Positions 1 to 9,757 of a stretch of DNA of 64,000 nt are shown in pieces. Made by a program: the position numbers and the translations under genes. Under the pieces are notes generated by a model. It was not told the DNA's origin and made no database searches. It saw nothing but the letters and a program-made list of their open reading frames with translations. Location: the IMG/VR virus record IMGVR_UViG_3300025280_000022. One strand, 5' to 3'. The stretch comes from a virus. Position 1 is the stretch's first letter. Each line of letters begins with the position of its first letter.

Positions 1-3000
1 AATGATAGTTCAGCTTTAAGTACCGCCATGGATGGCAACAAGAATATCCTGCAGGATTTTATTCTTAAAGTGACAGAAGGATTTTTTGGCGTAAAAAATG
101 TGAAGGGAGTTAGAAGGCCTGATTTTGCCAACACTAAAGCGGATGCATTGGCCGATAAATCCGTCATGAGCGAACTGATGGCCACGAGCAAGGGCCCAAT
201 ATTTGAGGCGGTTTTGAGAATAATCCAGGGTGATTTGACTAAAATAGGAGGGATGGTACCTAATGCGGCTATTGACATTAACCCCGCATCTCAGGCCCAG
301 CCAAATATTAGAAACTTTTTTGATGCCCCTGAAATTAATAAATTTGAGGCCAAAACGGGAAAAACGGGGGGAAGCGTTCCCATTGCTAAAAAATATATTA
401 GGGATATTCTCACAAATGTTCCTTCTTCATCCGTAGATCCTCAGGCAGCGCTGGCCGCGCAAAAAGCAACGAGACAGTTTGGAAAAGGGACGGTGGGACA
501 AGCTATCGCGGCTCAACAACTAGCCACACAGAAAAAATGGGGGGCTGGAGCTGCAGCGGCTGGTGAGATGCCAGCGAAACAGATTGTGCAGCAGGGTGAA
601 AAGACATTTGCACTCATAGCGAAGAAAGGAGGCTTCACGGCCAAGTTGCTTGGACGGAAGCGGAGGTCTGATGCACCACGCTTCCAAAGGTATACAGATG
701 CAGCTTTTAACAGAAACGACCCTTACAAGACCCTTAAGCTGGATGATTATAAGGGTTATGGGGGATTGGCCCAAGGTTTCCTTCCTAATTTTGCCGCTAG
801 CCCGATTACGCGGGCTATGAAAACTGAAAGAGCCATGGGGGGTAGGCCCGTACTTGATTTTGATCCTGAGGTGGGATATTTTGTAAGAGACGGGAAAACA
901 CAAGCTAATTTCGCAGCTGTTAAAGGGGCGCATCCCGAGGGTATAGCAGGAGCAATTCTAAATTCGCAAAGGGCACAAGGTGTGGCAGCTTTAGGCTTTA
1001 TTCCTAATTTTCAGGAGCTTGCGTGGACGAGACGAGAGGAAACGTCAGCAAGGCGTAGGAATGAGAAAATGAATCGCACTTCAGGTGGCGGCATGGCGGG
1101 GGGCGGCATGGGCATGATGATGGGGAGTATGGCTCTATATCAAGGTGCTGCTATGGCTCCCCAGGGAAGTACACTGGCAGGCGGTTTAATGGGAGCAGGG
1201 ATGGGAATGATGCTAGGGGGACCTTGGATGTTAGTAGGGGCCGCAATTGGAGCCCTAGCGACACAGATGGATCCCTTGGGCAAAAGCGCGGAAAAAGCGG
1301 CGAAAGAGTTGGCGGTTCTTACGAGCAAACAAAAACTTGTTTCTGATGGGCTTAAGCAATATATAAATTTACAGGGACAATTGTCTGATGCTATTAAAGA
1401 GGGTAATCTGACCGCTTCTAATAAGGTTACCCAGCAATTAAGGACAGCTTTGGCAGATTTGTCAACCACAGGCTTCCCTGACTTGAGGGAAAAAATTATT
1501 GGGGCGGCTGGAGATCTGGGTAAGCTTACCTCCATACTTGCACAGGTAGAAAGCACGCAATTGCGAACAAGTCTAGCCCAACGCGCCACAACAAGCGTTG
1601 ACGCTATGGCAAGCGCGCAGCAGGGAAGGTGGTTCGGTTTGGCGGGTAAAGACCCCGAAAAGGCGACGGCAGCCGCACAGGACACAGCAAGAAGCTTGAG
1701 CAAATTATTGGAAACGGCTCCTGTGGAAGCAGTGGCTCGTATTCACGAGACTTTGAAAAGAGGGGGGATAGAAGAATTTTTGAAAACTGCTGTGGACGAG
1801 GGCCTTATTGGCCATGCGCAGCAAATAAAACTAGCGTACGCCTTTAAGGGCAAGGACATGGAGGAGGTGGCAGGCATGTTGACCCAGGCCGTAGGGGCGC
1901 AGTTGCAGGCCAGTGAGTGGTCGGATCTTCAGCGGCAATTTAATGAGCTAAATACGGCTGTAATGATACCCTTTAAGGCGTTGGGCGATGAAATAGTTAA
2001 GCAGGTTGAATTGCTTGAAAGCAGATTTAAAACAGCGAGCGAGGGTTTGAAAAACGTGGGAACCGCGCGCATTAAGGCTATGGAACAGCTGGGGATAATT
2101 GATGAAGCCAGGGCCATAGAGCTGCGCGGAAATATGCAACTCCGACTTCTTACGGCCAAAGCCGACAAGATGCCCGTTTTAAAAGATAAATTTACTGATG
2201 AACCCGCCGCTTTAGGAAAGGCTTTCCAAGCGGGAGGGGGTATTCCGATTGATGAGGCGGATCGCCTAAAGGTAGAACAAGAGTTGACAGAACAAACTCG
2301 TGCGGTTCAGGCTTCCGTGGCAATCGAAAAGGAAATATTGCGCATACAAAAAGCGGCCGCCTCCTATCTCGCCATAAGCGCACAGGTCTTAACCGAGGAC
2401 CAGGTAGAGGGAATCAAAAACTTTAAGGCTTTTATAGAAAGAGGGGAGCGACCAGGAGCAGGGCGCGAAAGTGCAGAAAGCGCAGCCGCAGCTTTGGCCG
2501 CAATAAAAAATGTAGAAACCCTTACGGGGGCAGATTTCGGACGCGAGAAGCGTCAAGCCCGCACTGAAGTTGCCGCCTTTAATATGAGGCAGCTTTTTGA
2601 GGGGATGGGGGTAGCTGTGGAGCCTGCCAAGGGCGTCGACGAGTTTATTAAAAATGCAGAATCTGCCCTCAAAAATATGGATGTCTCGACTGCGGAAGGG
2701 ATGCGAAACCAACGAATTCTCCAAAAAATATTGCACGGCCTCAAAGAGCAACAAAAGATTAATAATATGACCGAAGCGGAGTTTCTAAAGAAACAAGTCG
2801 CAGATGCTAAAGGTTTGGCGGATACTCTCGGAATAAAAGCTGGAGAGGGCGGTGTTACGGATGAATTTGCTCTCTTGCTTGGTGGTTTGGATAAAGGGGA
2901 AAAGGCTCAAGTCTTGCTGCTTAAGGGCATCGAGAAACAAAGCGGCGAAATGGTGGGCTTGTTGAATGACGTAAAGGTAGCCATAGAGCAGGCCGAGAAT

Positions 3001-6000
3001 AAACGCGCGGCCCTGGAAGCGATGAAAGCAAGACTGCAAGCAAAGGCTCAAGGGCAAGTTCAGGCTCCCATGGGCGCCGACACGGTGAGTATAAACGCTC
3101 AGACGGTTACCGTGTCAGGAGGTGGAGCGCGTACACCCACCGCAGGAGGAGGTTTCGTGCCAACTTTTTCGCCCTTGGGGGATAAGGTCCGCAATGCAAT
3201 GGAAACCGAAAAACGTATGGGCGGAACGCCTATGGTGGGTTATCATCCTTCAGTGGGTGTCCATGTGAGGGATCGATTTACGCAAAGAAACTTTTCGCAA
3301 GTTAGAAGGGATCATCCTGAGGGCTTAAGGAATGCAGTGGCTAATTCAGCATCGCTTCAGGGGGCCATGGGAATGGCGGGAGTCCCTAATTTTGCGCAAC
3401 CGACTGGTGCGGCCTCGTTCGGCAGCTTCCTCCAAAGGGGGGACAACGCCTTTGTGAAATTACCTCACCAGGGTAGCACACCCTGGAATAACATCTTGTC
3501 AGATAAGCGCGTCACTTATGATCAGGCCAAGGAAATTTTTGGAGAAAAAATTGCCGATAAACTTAAAGTTGATCGAAGTGGCCACTGGAAAAAGGGAGGT
3601 AAGGTATTAAAGAAGCCCCCGTTGTGGCCTTGGGAAAAGATGAAAGTGGGGAGGCTTATTCGCGGTGGAGCGCTAGTTCATGGTAGAACAGGTTTTGGCA
3701 CGCAGTTGAGGGGAATCAAAGGGGGCAGAACCACAAGGCTAGCGGGCAGCGCGCTCAAGGGGGCCAAGGACAGGCTGAAGGGGGCCGTGAAGAAGGTACC
3801 GTGGGCGAAGACCCTGAAGATGATGGGGTGGCCCCTTATGACCCTCCTGGAGGGTTGGGGATTATTCTCGGGCGGAGGCCTGGGAAAGCATGTCGGCATG
3901 CCAGAAGGAGCCAAGGGGGTTGTGGGGCGCGGGTTCACGGAGCAGGATCGCGTAATGGAAATGGCGGCAGTTTTGGGCATAAGAAATCAGGGCTATGATG
4001 GACCAATTTGGGAGTCCCCTCATCCCAAAGCGCGGAACTCGACGGCAACCCAGATTCCAGACGAACTTAAGGCCTCAAAAAATCCTTGGTCTTCCCAGCA
4101 GCTTAAAAGGAAAATAAATGCGGGCGTAGGTGTTCATACGGCAGAGAGAATAGGAGGATTTGGAGGCTCCATAATCGGTGGCGTTATAGGGGGCGCCTTA
4201 GGGGGTCTTTTTGGCCCCACTCCTGCCGCATGGCTGGTACCTATCATGGCGGCGTTAGGGGCATGGGGAGGCAGCTATGTTGGAGGCTACCTGGCAAATA
4301 AAATAATTGGGCCCCAGGCCAAGAAGCATCCTGACAAAATACCAGACTGGCTCGTAGGCATGGGCGGCATGGTCCGCGGTAATTCTCCATGGATTTCGAA
4401 GTTTATACGGGACAAAATAAAAACTTTTGAGACAAACGAAAGAACTAGGTTGATGAGCTATTGGGAGGAGGACCAAACAGCCGCTCTTGGGGTCCCTGAG
4501 CCTAAAGTCGATGATCCGAAAAAGGGACCAGTGATACCACAACCTGGCATGGTACCTCCCCAGTTCCAAAGTCTTGAGAAGGCAAAAGAAGAAATCGACA
4601 ATGTCTTGCAGGGTTGGGCAAATGCTCGCGATCCCGCTTTTGTGCAATTGCTTATGCAGGGAGGAAGAGGATTTGCGGATCCGAACGAAGATTTCTTCCG
4701 TAAGCGCGCTGAAGCACCCTTTCAATATGGCAGAATTCAATTGCCTTGGTTTAGGAAGCTGGGGTTAAGAAACATGTATCCTAGTTTGGGCGTGAATGGT
4801 CGAAAGGCGTTTAAGAGCGGGCCCTTAAGGGGGGCGCATACCAAGAAATATCATAAGCTTTTTGCCGAAGGTCTGGAATCCGTAAATGACTTAGCAGGAA
4901 AAAAAGACTTCGGAAAATTAAATCTTCTGCTGGGCGACAATAAGAGTATCACGAGGTATATAAAGGAGTTTAGTGGGTTGACTGGTGCGCAAGAGAAGCC
5001 TAGGCAATTCCTGGGACTCTACAAGGAAGCTATAAAGGCGGAGAATCTCAATCGGAAGACGGAGGATTTCCCAGCCGTATCATTGGAGAAATTGACTGCT
5101 GGCACCGAATTCACACAAAAGTCCGATGAGGCGCTGAACGAGGCACTAAGAGCTCTTCAGGGGCAAGGAATACTTGGAAGAGGAGCAAGCGCGAAAGAGT
5201 TGCAGATCATGAAAAATTTTGATCCAGCTTTAGTTACGCCCCTAGCCATAGAGAGAACAAGAGCAGCAGGCAGGGCAACTGGAGGGGCAGCTGTCATGGC
5301 CTTTCAGGAAGCGCAGACCCCAGCGGGCAAGATGAAAGCGATGATGAAGGGAGCAGTGGGCGGCAGAAAAGGCACTGCAGAGAAGCTGCGCAATGCAGTT
5401 TACAGAGCTTACCTAGGGGGGGATAACAAGGGCTTAAATGCCGTCGGATTCAGCAAAGCTATTAGGTCTTATCGCGATGGCGCAACTTGGCCTGGAGATT
5501 ATAATTTGCTTGCAAACCTGCAGGGCGGGAAATTTGGAGATATTTATAAGACCCAGCCCGCGAATGTTCAGGAGATGATAGAGGGCAGGCTTAAAAGAAT
5601 CTTTCAGGAGAAAGGCGACGGGCGCACAGTACCTATTGCGGCTTGGGACCTTGGGGGCATGGTGGACCTAATAAGATCCAAGGCGGTAGATAAAGCCAGA
5701 TTGACTGAGGCCAAAAAGCTGCTTACTAGGAGCGTTGTGGGAAAAGACGTGGAAATAAACGAACAGATGATGAAAGCGACCTTGGGATTTGGGGGCGGCT
5801 TTGTACCAAACTTTAATAAGTTTGGCGAAGTGGCTTCGTCGGTGGCGGCGGGTTATGCGAAGCCTGTAGGAATTGGGGACGTTAAATCAATTAATATACC
5901 TGGGGTGGGACGCTCTTATTATAATAATCAGGAAAAGGTGCTGCACGGAGCAGGGATGAGGCAGCCTTTTATTGTCCCTCCCTATAATTCCCGCGTGGCG

Positions 6001-6372
6001 CCTCAATATAAAAATAAAGTAGAGGATCGCTTTGGTTTTAACCCTTATAAAGCAGCCTCTCACTCCCAGGGCTTTATTCCTAATTTTAAGGAAAATGCGG
6101 TGGGCGACAATAAAGCGTTAAATGTTAAAGACTTTGACCTGGCGCTCAAGGAATTTGATCGAATTGTTGGAGCCTTTAAGGCCGTCTTTCTTACTCCAAC
6201 CGCTATACCACTAGATGTGGGTGGAGAAATTCGGGTCAGGGTCAATGTTCCTGGGCTACAGTCGCGTATAGCTGCGGCGGTGGGAGGAGTAATTAAATCT
6301 CACAATGAGTGGCTTCTGGATACAGTGGCCGCGCGAACGCAAAACGAAACCGCCGCAATCCTTAATAGTTAA
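1..6372 (+). CDS. Tape measure protein, C-terminal part (5' partial)
   Basis: Frame is open from base 1 (ATG at 28 is in frame). >2100 aa, Ala/Gly/Lys-rich helical sequence with Gly-zipper hydrophobic segments and six GFxP(N/T)F-like motifs. Directly upstream of baseplate-like genes. Confidence 0.75.
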   Translation, partial: NDSSALSTAMDGNKNILQDFILKVTEGFFGVKNVKGVRRPDFANTKADALADKSVMSELMATSKGPIFEAVLRIIQGDLTKIGGMVPNAAIDINPASQAQPNIRNFFDAPEINKFEAKTGKTGGSVPIAKKYIRDILTNVPSSSVDPQAALAAQKATRQFGKGTVGQAIAAQQLATQKKWGAGAAAAGEMPAKQIVQQGEKTFALIAKKGGFTAKLLGRKRRSDAPRFQRYTDAAFNRNDPYKTLKLDDYKGYGGLAQGFLPNFAASPITRAMKTERAMGGRPVLDFDPEVGYFVRDGKTQANFAAVKGAHPEGIAGAILNSQRAQGVAALGFIPNFQELAWTRREETSARRRNEKMNRTSGGGMAGGGMGMMMGSMALYQGAAMAPQGSTLAGGLMGAGMGMMLGGPWMLVGAAIGALATQMDPLGKSAEKAAKELAVLTSKQKLVSDGLKQYINLQGQLSDAIKEGNLTASNKVTQQLRTALADLSTTGFPDLREKIIGAAGDLGKLTSILAQVESTQLRTSLAQRATTSVDAMASAQQGRWFGLAGKDPEKATAAAQDTARSLSKLLETAPVEAVARIHETLKRGGIEEFLKTAVDEGLIGHAQQIKLAYAFKGKDMEEVAGMLTQAVGAQLQASEWSDLQRQFNELNTAVMIPFKALGDEIVKQVELLESRFKTASEGLKNVGTARIKAMEQLGIIDEARAIELRGNMQLRLLTAKADKMPVLKDKFTDEPAALGKAFQAGGGIPIDEADRLKVEQELTEQTRAVQASVAIEKEILRIQKAAASYLAISAQVLTEDQVEGIKNFKAFIERGERPGAGRESAESAAAALAAIKNVETLTGADFGREKRQARTEVAAFNMRQLFEGMGVAVEPAKGVDEFIKNAESALKNMDVSTAEGMRNQRILQKILHGLKEQQKINNMTEAEFLKKQVADAKGLADTLGIKAGEGGVTDEFALLLGGLDKGEKAQVLLLKGIEKQSGEMVGLLNDVKVAIEQAENKRAALEAMKARLQAKAQGQVQAPMGADTVSINAQTVTVSGGGARTPTAGGGFVPTFSPLGDKVRNAMETEKRMGGTPMVGYHPSVGVHVRDRFTQRNFSQVRRDHPEGLRNAVANSASLQGAMGMAGVPNFAQPTGAASFGSFLQRGDNAFVKLPHQGSTPWNNILSDKRVTYDQAKEIFGEKIADKLKVDRSGHWKKGGKVLKKPPLWPWEKMKVGRLIRGGALVHGRTGFGTQLRGIKGGRTTRLAGSALKGAKDRLKGAVKKVPWAKTLKMMGWPLMTLLEGWGLFSGGGLGKHVGMPEGAKGVVGRGFTEQDRVMEMAAVLGIRNQGYDGPIWESPHPKARNSTATQIPDELKASKNPWSSQQLKRKINAGVGVHTAERIGGFGGSIIGGVIGGALGGLFGPTPAAWLVPIMAALGAWGGSYVGGYLANKIIGPQAKKHPDKIPDWLVGMGGMVRGNSPWISKFIRDKIKTFETNERTRLMSYWEEDQTAALGVPEPKVDDPKKGPVIPQPGMVPPQFQSLEKAKEEIDNVLQGWANARDPAFVQLLMQGGRGFADPNEDFFRKRAEAPFQYGRIQLPWFRKLGLRNMYPSLGVNGRKAFKSGPLRGAHTKKYHKLFAEGLESVNDLAGKKDFGKLNLLLGDNKSITRYIKEFSGLTGAQEKPRQFLGLYKEAIKAENLNRKTEDFPAVSLEKLTAGTEFTQKSDEALNEALRALQGQGILGRGASAKELQIMKNFDPALVTPLAIERTRAAGRATGGAAVMAFQEAQTPAGKMKAMMKGAVGGRKGTAEKLRNAVYRAYLGGDNKGLNAVGFSKAIRSYRDGATWPGDYNLLANLQGGKFGDIYKTQPANVQEMIEGRLKRIFQEKGDGRTVPIAAWDLGGMVDLIRSKAVDKARLTEAKKLLTRSVVGKDVEINEQMMKATLGFGGGFVPNFNKFGEVASSVAAGYAKPVGIGDVKSINIPGVGRSYYNNQEKVLHGAGMRQPFIVPPYNSRVAPQYKNKVEDRFGFNPYKAASHSQGFIPNFKENAVGDNKALNVKDFDLALKEFDRIVGAFKAVFLTPTAIPLDVGGEIRVRVNVPGLQSRIAAAVGGVIKSHNEWLLDTVAARTQNETAAILNS

Positions 6373-8177
6373 TGATTATTAATAGCGTATTGTCGGTGGA
6401 AACCTCTTTCACCCCCAATTTTTTTGGAGGAGATGTAACGCGTTTTAATACCGTACAACGAGCAACGGTTAGAGGCGCCGTGGTGGACGTTTCTAACGTG
6501 GCGGGAGTGTCGACAACTGTAGCGTCTTATTTAACAGACTTAATGGGCACAGGTGGCTATGAGGAAGTTTTTGTGGGGAGTGAAAGACTGGGGCTCTTTA
6601 GGTTGGTAGATTTTTCTTTTCCTGCGGGAGATTTAGTAAATTATAGCGAAGCAACGCTTGTATTCGAAGGTCAATCGGTAGGAGATGTTTCGCCCATCAG
6701 CGATGATCCTTATTATGACTGTTTTGTAAATTCTGCTGTTTTTGCATACGCTTCCGAGATAGGGGAATCATGGAGTTATTCGAGGAGTAATAATAGTTTT
6801 TCAATCAATCACACCTTAACCTTAACCCTCCTCGCTCAGGTTAATCAAGCTCAAGGGATGGTAGTTTCCCCTCTTAGTAGACTTCGTGATTTGAGTGGCA
6901 ACCCTGCTCTGAGCGCGGGAGTGGCTAACCCTGCGCAGTTAAGTGTGGGGACCGTAGCTCAGGCTAGCGCGCGAACTTTTGCGCATAAAATCTTTCGGTG
7001 CACGGATATAGCAGGGGTTCCTTGGTTTACAATGGGTTTAGATGGAGGGCCAGGCGGAAGCACTATCAGTGATTTTCCCGACCCAGGCAGTACCTGGAAA
7101 AAAATATTTTCACAAACAGAAGATAAAATGCAAAATACGGTAAGCTATACTGAGACTTTTGAGTCCAGTAATCCTAATGCAGATGACGGTGTTGCGTATC
7201 AAAGATCTTCAACTTTTGCTCGTGACACTAATAATGTTGTGTCTGTTAGGGAAGAGGGGGAGGTTGAGGATCTTGGTAGCATAGGTTCTCCCAGCTGGCT
7301 CCTAGGGGAAGGCGCTGATACGGTTGTGGACGACCTTTTAAAGCCTGAGGGCGATGCAGTGACGCGTCTTCAAGCGTTTTTTACGGACTTAAAGTCGGAT
7401 GTAGACGAGCCTCTCGCTGTCGAAAATGGATATCCCAAGGTGGTTTTTACGTCTAAGAGTATTAACAATCTAACTTCTAGTGTTAGTTATTCCCTTGTTC
7501 TCAGTAATGATCCTACATTAACGGGAGGGACAGGTTTCACTTACTCAAGCACGCTTTCCACTAATAAGGAAGGGTGTTGGATAGCTAAGAATTACACCAT
7601 GAATTATAAGGGGAATGGGCCTACGTATCAAAGTGGCATCTATGTAGCGTGGAAGCAGGCCGTTTCGGGTGCAAGCGGCCACTGGCGCCGTAGGCCCACC
7701 TTGGCTGGGTTTAGCCCTAGACCTATTAGCTCTTCCAGGAGCGATCAAAAAGGACAGGGCACCGTAACGCTAGGTTACAATTATTCCCAGGATCCGATTT
7801 ATGCTAGAAATGATGAGGGATTTAAGGTATATAGCGAAAATGTGTCACGCAACCCTTCTTATGATTCAAAAATTTATTTTCCTGCTTTAAATCTTTATAC
7901 TGCAGACGATAATAAAAAGGATATTATTGCTCAAGATGGAGCCACCATTAATGAGCTATTAAATGTTGATTTATCGATAATGGGGGATGGATTTACTTAT
8001 AGTGTGGTTGGAGGCACAGCTGAGGATCCGAAGGATACTTTTTGGCCAGCTGTGCTCGGAGAAGCTAAAACCGCTTTAAATACTTATAGCTGTAGTTTTT
8101 GGAGAAATCTAGAGTATTCGTATACGGTAGAACCTGGTCAAAATATAAACATAAGAGCGGAGGCTGTAGTAACTTAA
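6372..8177 (+). CDS. Putative tail/baseplate structural protein
   Basis: 601 aa, beta-rich S/T/Y composition, start overlaps the tape measure stop (TAATG). Shares a 'WSY...H(T/S)(L/V)' pattern with the next gene. Confidence 0.55.
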   Translation: MIINSVLSVETSFTPNFFGGDVTRFNTVQRATVRGAVVDVSNVAGVSTTVASYLTDLMGTGGYEEVFVGSERLGLFRLVDFSFPAGDLVNYSEATLVFEGQSVGDVSPISDDPYYDCFVNSAVFAYASEIGESWSYSRSNNSFSINHTLTLTLLAQVNQAQGMVVSPLSRLRDLSGNPALSAGVANPAQLSVGTVAQASARTFAHKIFRCTDIAGVPWFTMGLDGGPGGSTISDFPDPGSTWKKIFSQTEDKMQNTVSYTETFESSNPNADDGVAYQRSSTFARDTNNVVSVREEGEVEDLGSIGSPSWLLGEGADTVVDDLLKPEGDAVTRLQAFFTDLKSDVDEPLAVENGYPKVVFTSKSINNLTSSVSYSLVLSNDPTLTGGTGFTYSSTLSTNKEGCWIAKNYTMNYKGNGPTYQSGIYVAWKQAVSGASGHWRRRPTLAGFSPRPISSSRSDQKGQGTVTLGYNYSQDPIYARNDEGFKVYSENVSRNPSYDSKIYFPALNLYTADDNKKDIIAQDGATINELLNVDLSIMGDGFTYSVVGGTAEDPKDTFWPAVLGEAKTALNTYSCSFWRNLEYSYTVEPGQNINIRAEAVVT

Positions 8178-8178
8178 A

Positions 8179-9756
8179 ATGGCAGACGGGAATTTAGTTA
8201 GTTATGATGGCGTCTTTTTTCCAGAAGGAGATCCCATTGTTTCCATTAGTCGTAGTTTTATTGAACAAGGCGGAGCTGCGTCGGTAGCAGTAGATACTAT
8301 AAGCCTAGAGGGAACCCTGAGCAAATGCGAAGATCCTCTCACCCCCACTTCTCGAGTGAGCGATATGTTTACGGGAGATTTTAAGATATTAGCCGTTGGC
8401 GGAATAAAAAATTATCCTTGTGCCAAATTGACCTCCATGAATTTTGGGGGTAATGATGAATTTTCTTATATTCCCTATACTATTGAACTTGAGGCTTATG
8501 CTGATCCTGGAGACTTTGTTACTGCACACGGTGTGGTCGATGCTTCAAATGTATGGAGCTATAACGAGGGATCTAATGGAATCACGGACGTAACTCATAG
8601 TGTTTCTGCGAGAGGGATAAGAAATTGTACAGATCCTTTTGGAAAGGCTAGGAGTTTTTGCGAAAACTTGGTTGGTCAAGACGGTATCGGGGACACTAAT
8701 CCTCTTGCCGCCGACGACAAGGGGGCTTCGAGCCCCTTTTTTACTAACTTTAAAAATGCGAATGGTATTTTATACAGTACCACGAGCTCTTTTAATCGAG
8801 TGAACGCCACTTATTCTATTGAGGAGAAGTATAGAGTGGGAAGCCCAGTGGAATATACTACGGTTGTAAGTGAGGAGCTCGGCAAAACAAGCACCGCGGT
8901 TAACGGAAGCGTTTTTGCAGCAGGAGACATAACGGGGGCTATGGATCATTATAAAGAGCTACGAAAGGCATACCCAAAGCTTGAGAATGAAAACATTACC
9001 CAAGACGATTTATGGGGAGGCATCAATTTTTCTTTTAACGTAGGTAGTGACGTTGAAGAAACGGTGGCTCTAGACATAACTGTAGATGTAAACGATGAGG
9101 CTCAGGGTAATTTGGTCACTGTAAGGGTTACTGTTGCTGCCGCCCCTAATAGTCCTGATGTTACTTATGAGGGCTTAAAGGCGCGCGTTGAGGGGGTCGA
9201 TTTTTTTAATGAAGCCAATCAGGCTTATAGCCGCTTTATTGGGGAGGGGGGCCAAATCGGCGAAGGTGATCCGCGAAAGTTCGACATAGAGAAAAATCCA
9301 TTAAATAAGGTCCTCCTTTCTTCGGAGACGAGGGAGAGCCCCGAAGAGAAAAGCTTTTCCTTAGCTGAGACTTATAATAATCGTAAAAATAAATACTGCT
9401 TTGGAAAGGGGTCTAATATGGCATTTACCGCTAGCCCCGCGCTGCCAAAGATAGCCGAAGTACAAACCATCAGCGACTTTGTGTTTAATAATTTAGGGTA
9501 CCACAGTATGGGTACTTTTAGTCTTACGGCACAGGCAGACGCCTGTAGCTCCTATTCTGTGGGGTCGGTTTTCGACGATTATATCGAGGTAAACCCCCTT
9601 AATACGCAAGCCACCATGACCAATGACATGACGCAGGAAGACGGAGATGGGGCCACTTCTTTAACTCGGCAAACAGTTTTTGATTCTAAGGTTAAGGCTG
9701 TAGCGATAGATGGAACACTTAGCACAATTGAAACCTTATTACTAAAAGAGGAGTAG
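8179..9756 (+). CDS. Putative tail/baseplate structural protein, possible paralog of the upstream gene
   Basis: 525 aa, operonic spacing, beta-strand-like alternation, 'NVWSYNEGSNGITDVTHSVSARG'. Confidence 0.55.
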   Translation: MADGNLVSYDGVFFPEGDPIVSISRSFIEQGGAASVAVDTISLEGTLSKCEDPLTPTSRVSDMFTGDFKILAVGGIKNYPCAKLTSMNFGGNDEFSYIPYTIELEAYADPGDFVTAHGVVDASNVWSYNEGSNGITDVTHSVSARGIRNCTDPFGKARSFCENLVGQDGIGDTNPLAADDKGASSPFFTNFKNANGILYSTTSSFNRVNATYSIEEKYRVGSPVEYTTVVSEELGKTSTAVNGSVFAAGDITGAMDHYKELRKAYPKLENENITQDDLWGGINFSFNVGSDVEETVALDITVDVNDEAQGNLVTVRVTVAAAPNSPDVTYEGLKARVEGVDFFNEANQAYSRFIGEGGQIGEGDPRKFDIEKNPLNKVLLSSETRESPEEKSFSLAETYNNRKNKYCFGKGSNMAFTASPALPKIAEVQTISDFVFNNLGYHSMGTFSLTAQADACSSYSVGSVFDDYIEVNPLNTQATMTNDMTQEDGDGATSLTRQTVFDSKVKAVAIDGTLSTIETLLLKEE

Positions 9757-9757
9757 A

